A stretch of 13,638 nt of DNA, from the IMG/VR virus record IMGVR_UViG_2531839476_000010; one strand, written 5' to 3'. Shown here piece by piece: positions 6,109 through 13,638 of this stretch. Numbering within the stretch: position 1 is the stretch's first letter; every line of letters begins with the position of its first letter. A program made the translations under genes and the position numbers. Below the pieces are notes generated by a model, which made no database searches, had not been told where the DNA came from, and saw only the letters and a list, made by a program, of their open reading frames with translations. This DNA is from a virus. Its lineage: Duplodnaviria; Heunggongvirae; Uroviricota; Caudoviricetes.

Positions 6109-6628
6109 ATGGAAGTCAACAAAAAGCAGCTGGCTGACATTTTCGGTGCGAGTATCCGTACCATTCAGAACTGGCAGGAACAGGGAATGCCCGTTCTGCG
6201 AGGCGGTGGCAAGGGTAATGAGGTGCTTTATGACTCTGCCGCCGTCATAAAATGGTATGCCGAAAGGGATGCTGAAATTGAGAACGAAAAGCTGCGCCGG
6301 GAGGTTGAAGAACTGCGGCAGGCCAGCGAGGCAGATCTCCAGCCAGGAACTATTGAGTACGAACGCCATCGACTTACGCGTGCGCAGGCCGACGCACAGG
6401 AACTGAAGAATGCCAGAGACTCCGCTGAAGTGGTGGAAACCGCATTCTGTACTTTCGTGTTGTCGCGGATCGCAGGTGAAATTGCCAGTATTCTCGACGG
6501 GCTCCCCCTGTCGGTGCAGCGGCGTTTTCCGGAACTGGAAAACCGACATGTTGATTTCCTGAAACGGGATATCATCAAAGCCATGAACAAAGCAGCCGCG
6601 CTGGATGAACTGATACCGGGGTTGCTGA

Positions 6629-6654
<26 letters not shown>
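6109..6654 (+). CDS. nu1: Terminase small subunit (gpNu1)
   Basis: 181 aa; MEVNKKQLADIFGASIRTIQNWQEQGMPVLRGGGKGNEVLYDSAAVIKWYAERD... matches lambda Nu1 along its length (winged-HTH N-terminus); overlaps the A start by 26 nt as in lambda. Confidence 0.95.
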
Positions 6655-10333
<3,679 letters not shown>

Positions 10334-10353
<20 letters not shown>

Positions 10354-11653
10354 TCTCCCGCATATTGCCAGCATGGCCTTTAATGAGCCGCTGATGCTTG
10401 AACCCGCCTATGCGCGGGTTTTCTTTTGTGCGCTTGCAGGCCAGCTTGGGATCAGCCGCCTGACGGATGCGGTGTCCGGCGACAGCCTGACTGCCCAGGA
10501 GGCACTCGCGACGCTGGCATTATCCGGTGATGATGACGGACCACGACAGGCCCGCAGTTATCAGGTCATGAACGGCATCGCCGTGCTGCCGGTGTCCGGC
10601 ACGCTGGTCAGCCGGACGCGGGCGCTGCAGCCGTACTCGGGGATGACCGGTTACAACGGCATTATCGCCCGTCTGCAACAGGCTGCCAGCGATCCGATGG
10701 TGGACGGCATTCTGCTCGATATGGACACGCCCGGCGGGATGGTGGCGGGGGCATTTGACTGCGCTGACATCATCGCCCGTGTGCGTGACATAAAACCGGT
10801 ATGGGCGCTTGCCAACGACATGAACTGCAGTGCAGGTCAGTTGCTTGCCAGTGCCGCCTCCCGGCGTCTGGTCACGCAGACCGCCCGGACAGGCTCCATC
10901 GGCGTCATGATGGCTCACAGTAATTACGGTGCTGCGCTGGAGAAACAGGGTGTGGAAATCACCCTGATTTACAGCGGCAGCCATAAGGTGGATGGCAACC
11001 CCTACAGCCATCTTCCGGATGACGTCCGGGAGACACTGCAGTCCCGGATGGACGCAACCCGCCGGATGTTTGCGCAGAAGGTGTCGGCATATACCGGCCT
11101 GTCCGTGCAGGCTGTGCTGGATACCGAGGCTGCAGTGTACAGCGGTCAGGAGGCCATTGATGCCGGACTGGCTGATGAACTTGTTAACAGCACCGATGCG
11201 ATCACCGTCATGCGTGATGCACTGGATGCACGTAAATCCCGTCTCTCAGGAGGGCGAATGACCAAAGAGACTCAATCAACAACTGTTTCAGCCACTGCTT
11301 CGCAGGCTGACGTTACTGACGTGGTGCCAGCGACGGAGGGCGAGAACGCCAGCGCGGCGCAGCCGGACGTGAACGCGCAGATCACCGCAGCGGTTGCGGC
11401 AGAAAACAGCCGCATTATGGGGATCCTCAACTGTGAGGAGGCTCACGGACGCGAAGAACAGGCACGCGTGCTGGCAGAAACCCCCGGTATGACCGTGAAA
11501 ACGGCCCGCCGCATTCTGGCCGCAGCACCACAGAGTGCACAGGCGCGCAGTGACACTGCGCTGGATCGTCTGATGCAGGGGGCACCGGCACCGCTGGCTG
11601 CAGGTAACCCGGCATCTGATGCCGTTAACGATTTGCTGAACACACCAGTGTAA
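10334..11653 (+). CDS. C: Head maturation protease / scaffold fusion protein (gpC), GTG start
   Basis: Translation from GTG at 10334 gives (M)TAELRNLPHIASMAFNEPLMLEPAYARVFFCALAGQLGIS... matching lambda gpC; 20-nt overlap with the B stop as in lambda. The ORF-track start at 10199 is an in-frame upstream extension. Confidence 0.9.
11048..11653 (+). CDS. nu3: Scaffolding protein gpNu3 (in-frame internal start within C)
   Basis: ATG at 11048 in the C frame gives MDATRRMFAQKVSAYTGLSVQAVLDTEAAVYSGQEAIDAGLADELVNSTDAITVMRDALDARKSRLSGGRMTKETQSTTVSATASQ..., the lambda Nu3 arrangement. Confidence 0.8.
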   Translation: MDATRRMFAQKVSAYTGLSVQAVLDTEAAVYSGQEAIDAGLADELVNSTDAITVMRDALDARKSRLSGGRMTKETQSTTVSATASQADVTDVVPATEGENASAAQPDVNAQITAAVAAENSRIMGILNCEEAHGREEQARVLAETPGMTVKTARRILAAAPQSAQARSDTALDRLMQGAPAPLAAGNPASDAVNDLLNTPV

Positions 11654-11662
11654 GGGATGTTT

Positions 11663-11995
11663 ATGACGAGCAAAGAAACCTTTACCCATTACCAGCCGCA
11701 GGGCAACAGTGACCCGGCTCATACCGCAACCGCGCCCGGCGGATTGAGTGCGAAAGCGCCTGCAATGACCCCGCTGATGCTGGACACCTCCAGCCGTAAG
11801 CTGGTTGCGTGGGATGGCACCACCGACGGTGCTGCCGTTGGCATTCTTGCGGTTGCTGCTGACCAGACCAGCACCACGCTGACGTTCTACAAGTCCGGCA
11901 CGTTCCGTTATGAGGATGTGCTCTGGCCGGAGGCTGCCAGCGACGAGACGAAAAAACGGACCGCGTTTGCCGGAACGGCAATCAGCATCGTTTAA
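11663..11995 (+). CDS. D: Head decoration protein gpD
   Basis: [110 protein letters not shown] matches lambda gpD. Start at the second ATG of the track ORF. Confidence 0.95.
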
Positions 11996-12015
11996 CTTTA
12001 CCCTTCATCACTAAA

Positions 12016-12037
12016 GGCCGCCTGTGCGGCTTTTTTT
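12016..12037 (+). terminator. GC hairpin (GCCGC-CTGT-GCGGC) followed by a T7 run between D and E; terminator-like or attenuator-like
   Basis: Read directly: AAAGGCCGCCTGTGCGGCTTTTTTT, flanked by A-run upstream and T-run downstream (potentially bidirectional). Confidence 0.45.
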
Positions 12038-12050
12038 ACGGGATTTTTTT

Positions 12051-13076
12051 ATGTCGATGTACACAACCGCCCAACTGCTGGCGGCAAATGAGCAGAAATT
12101 TAAGTTTGATCCGCTGTTTCTGCGTCTCTTTTTCCGTGAGAGCTATCCCTTCACCACGGAGAAAGTCTATCTCTCACAAATTCCGGGACTGGTAAACATG
12201 GCGCTGTACGTTTCGCCGATTGTTTCCGGTGAGGTTATCCGTTCCCGTGGCGGCTCCACCTCTGAATTTACGCCGGGATATGTCAAGCCGAAGCATGAAG
12301 TGAATCCGCAGATGACCCTGCGTCGCCTGCCGGATGAAGATCCGCAGAATCTGGCGGACCCGGCTTACCGCCGCCGTCGCATCATCATGCAGAACATGCG
12401 TGACGAAGAGCTGGCCATTGCTCAGGTCGAAGAGATGCAGGCAGTTTCTGCCGTGCTTAAGGGCAAATACACCATGACCGGTGAAGCCTTCGATCCGGTT
12501 GAGGTGGATATGGGCCGCAGTGAGGAGAATAACATCACGCAGTCCGGCGGCACGGAGTGGAGCAAGCGTGACAAGTCCACGTATGACCCGACCGACGATA
12601 TCGAAGCCTACGCGCTGAACGCCAGCGGTGTGGTGAATATCATCGTGTTCGATCCGAAAGGCTGGGCGCTGTTCCGTTCCTTCAAAGCCGTCAAGGAGAA
12701 GCTGGATACCCGTCGTGGCTCTAATTCCGAGCTGGAGACAGCGGTGAAAGACCTAGGTAAAGCGGTGTCCTATAAGGGGATGTATGGCGATGTGGCCATC
12801 GTCGTGTATTCCGGACAGTACGTGGAAAACGGCGTCAAAAAGAACTTCCTGCCGGACAACACGATGGTGCTGGGGAACACTCAGGCACGCGGTCTGCGCA
12901 CCTATGGCTGCATTCAGGATGCGGACGCACAGCGCGAAGGCATTAACGCCTCTGCCCGTTACCCGAAAAACTGGGTGACCACCGGCGATCCGGCGCGTGA
13001 GTTCACCATGATTCAGTCAGCACCGCTGATGCTGCTGGCTGACCCTGATGAGTTCGTGTCCGTACAACTGGCGTAA
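12051..13076 (+). CDS. E: Major capsid protein gpE
   Basis: 341 aa from ATG 12051: MSMYTTAQLLAANEQKFKFDPLFLRLFFRESYPFTTEKVYLSQIPGLVNMALYVSPIVSGEVIRSRGG... matches lambda gpE; the track ORF start at 12024 is an upstream in-frame extension. Confidence 0.95.
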   Translation: MSMYTTAQLLAANEQKFKFDPLFLRLFFRESYPFTTEKVYLSQIPGLVNMALYVSPIVSGEVIRSRGGSTSEFTPGYVKPKHEVNPQMTLRRLPDEDPQNLADPAYRRRRIIMQNMRDEELAIAQVEEMQAVSAVLKGKYTMTGEAFDPVEVDMGRSEENNITQSGGTEWSKRDKSTYDPTDDIEAYALNASGVVNIIVFDPKGWALFRSFKAVKEKLDTRRGSNSELETAVKDLGKAVSYKGMYGDVAIVVYSGQYVENGVKKNFLPDNTMVLGNTQARGLRTYGCIQDADAQREGINASARYPKNWVTTGDPAREFTMIQSAPLMLLADPDEFVSVQLA

Positions 13077-13117
13077 TCATGGCCCTTCGGGGCCATTGTT
13101 TCTCTGTGGAGGAGTCC

Positions 13118-13516
13118 ATGACGAAAGATGAACTGATTGCCCGTCTCCGCTCGCTGGGTGAACAACTGAACCGTGATGTCAGCCTGACGGGGACGAAAGA
13201 AGAACTGGCGCTCCGTGTGGCAGAGCTGGAAGAGGAGCTTGATGACACGGATGAAACTGCCGGTCAGGACACCCCTCTCAGCCGGGAAAATGTGCTGACC
13301 GGACATGAAAATGAGGTGGGATCAGCGCAGCCGGATACCGTGATTCTGGATACGTCTGAACTGGTCACGGTCGTGGCACTGGTGAAGCTGCATACTGATG
13401 CACTTCACGCCACGCGGGATGAACCTGTGGCATTTGTGCTGCCGGGAACGGCGTTTCGTGTCTCTGCCGGTGTGGCAGCCGAAATGACAGAGCGCGGCCT
13501 GGCCAGAATGCAATAA
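13118..13516 (+). CDS. FI: DNA packaging accessory protein gpFI
   Basis: 132 aa from ATG 13118: MTKDELIARLRSLGEQLNRDVSLTGTKEELALRVAELEEELDDTDETAGQDTPLSRENVLTGHENEVGSAQPDTVILDTSELVTVVALVKLHTDALHATRDEPVAFVLPGTAFRVSAGVAAEMTERGLARMQ matches lambda gpFI. Confidence 0.92.
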   Translation: MTKDELIARLRSLGEQLNRDVSLTGTKEELALRVAELEEELDDTDETAGQDTPLSRENVLTGHENEVGSAQPDTVILDTSELVTVVALVKLHTDALHATRDEPVAFVLPGTAFRVSAGVAAEMTERGLARMQ

Positions 13517-13527
13517 CGGGAGGCGCT

Positions 13528-13638
13528 GTGGCTGATTTCGATAACCTGTTCGATGCTGCCATTGCCCGCGCCGATGAAACGATACGCGGGTACATGGGAA
13601 CGTCAGCCACCATTACATCCGGTGAGCAGTCAGGTGCG
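13528..13638 (+). CDS. FII: Head-tail connector gpFII, 5' partial (continues beyond window), GTG start
   Basis: GTG at 13528 gives (M)ADFDNLFDAAIARADETIRGYMGTSATITSGEQSGA..., matching the lambda gpFII N-terminus; truncated by the window end. Confidence 0.8.
   Translation, partial: MADFDNLFDAAIARADETIRGYMGTSATITSGEQSGA

Noticed and set aside
6010-6549. 179-aa minus-strand ORF overlapping cosB and Nu1
   Set aside because: Overlaps the terminase-binding repeats and runs antisense through Nu1, which matches lambda Nu1 residue-for-residue; not credible as a gene.
10520-11011. 163-aa minus-strand ORF inside gene C; similar minus-strand ORFs at 11288-11722, 11682-11981 and 13003-13306 (Ser-rich, low complexity)
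   Set aside because: All lie antisense to well-supported lambda-like head genes (C/Nu3, D, E, FI); products are low-complexity or Arg/Cys-rich, typical of spurious antisense frames.

Overview
The window reads as a mosaic lambdoid prophage segment, apparently enterobacterial, with all recognisable genes on the + strand. From left to right: (1) an IS66-family insertion sequence (three ORFs, left end outside the window, right end near 2693 with a second end-like copy near 2826); (2) a lysis cassette with a SAR-type lysozyme, Rz and embedded Rz1, but no recognisable holin; (3) an AT-rich 'moron' island between Rz and cos carrying a small Cys-rich ORF and a lipoprotein with a TonB C-terminal-like domain; (4) a lambda-type cos site (12-nt cohesive end GGGCGGCGACCT at 5920-5931, three CGTTTCC repeats); (5) the lambda-like head module Nu1, A, W, B, C/Nu3, D, E, FI and the start of FII. 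A and B are each broken by single-base frameshifts and W lacks its stop codon; this is either real decay of a defective prophage or sequencing error, and the sequence alone cannot tell which. The most promising candidate for something undescribed is the moron island, especially the TonB-C-domain lipoprotein, which I propose as a possible superinfection-exclusion decoy. All homology statements come from reading the translations against remembered lambda, 933W/21-type and IS66 proteins; no database search was run.
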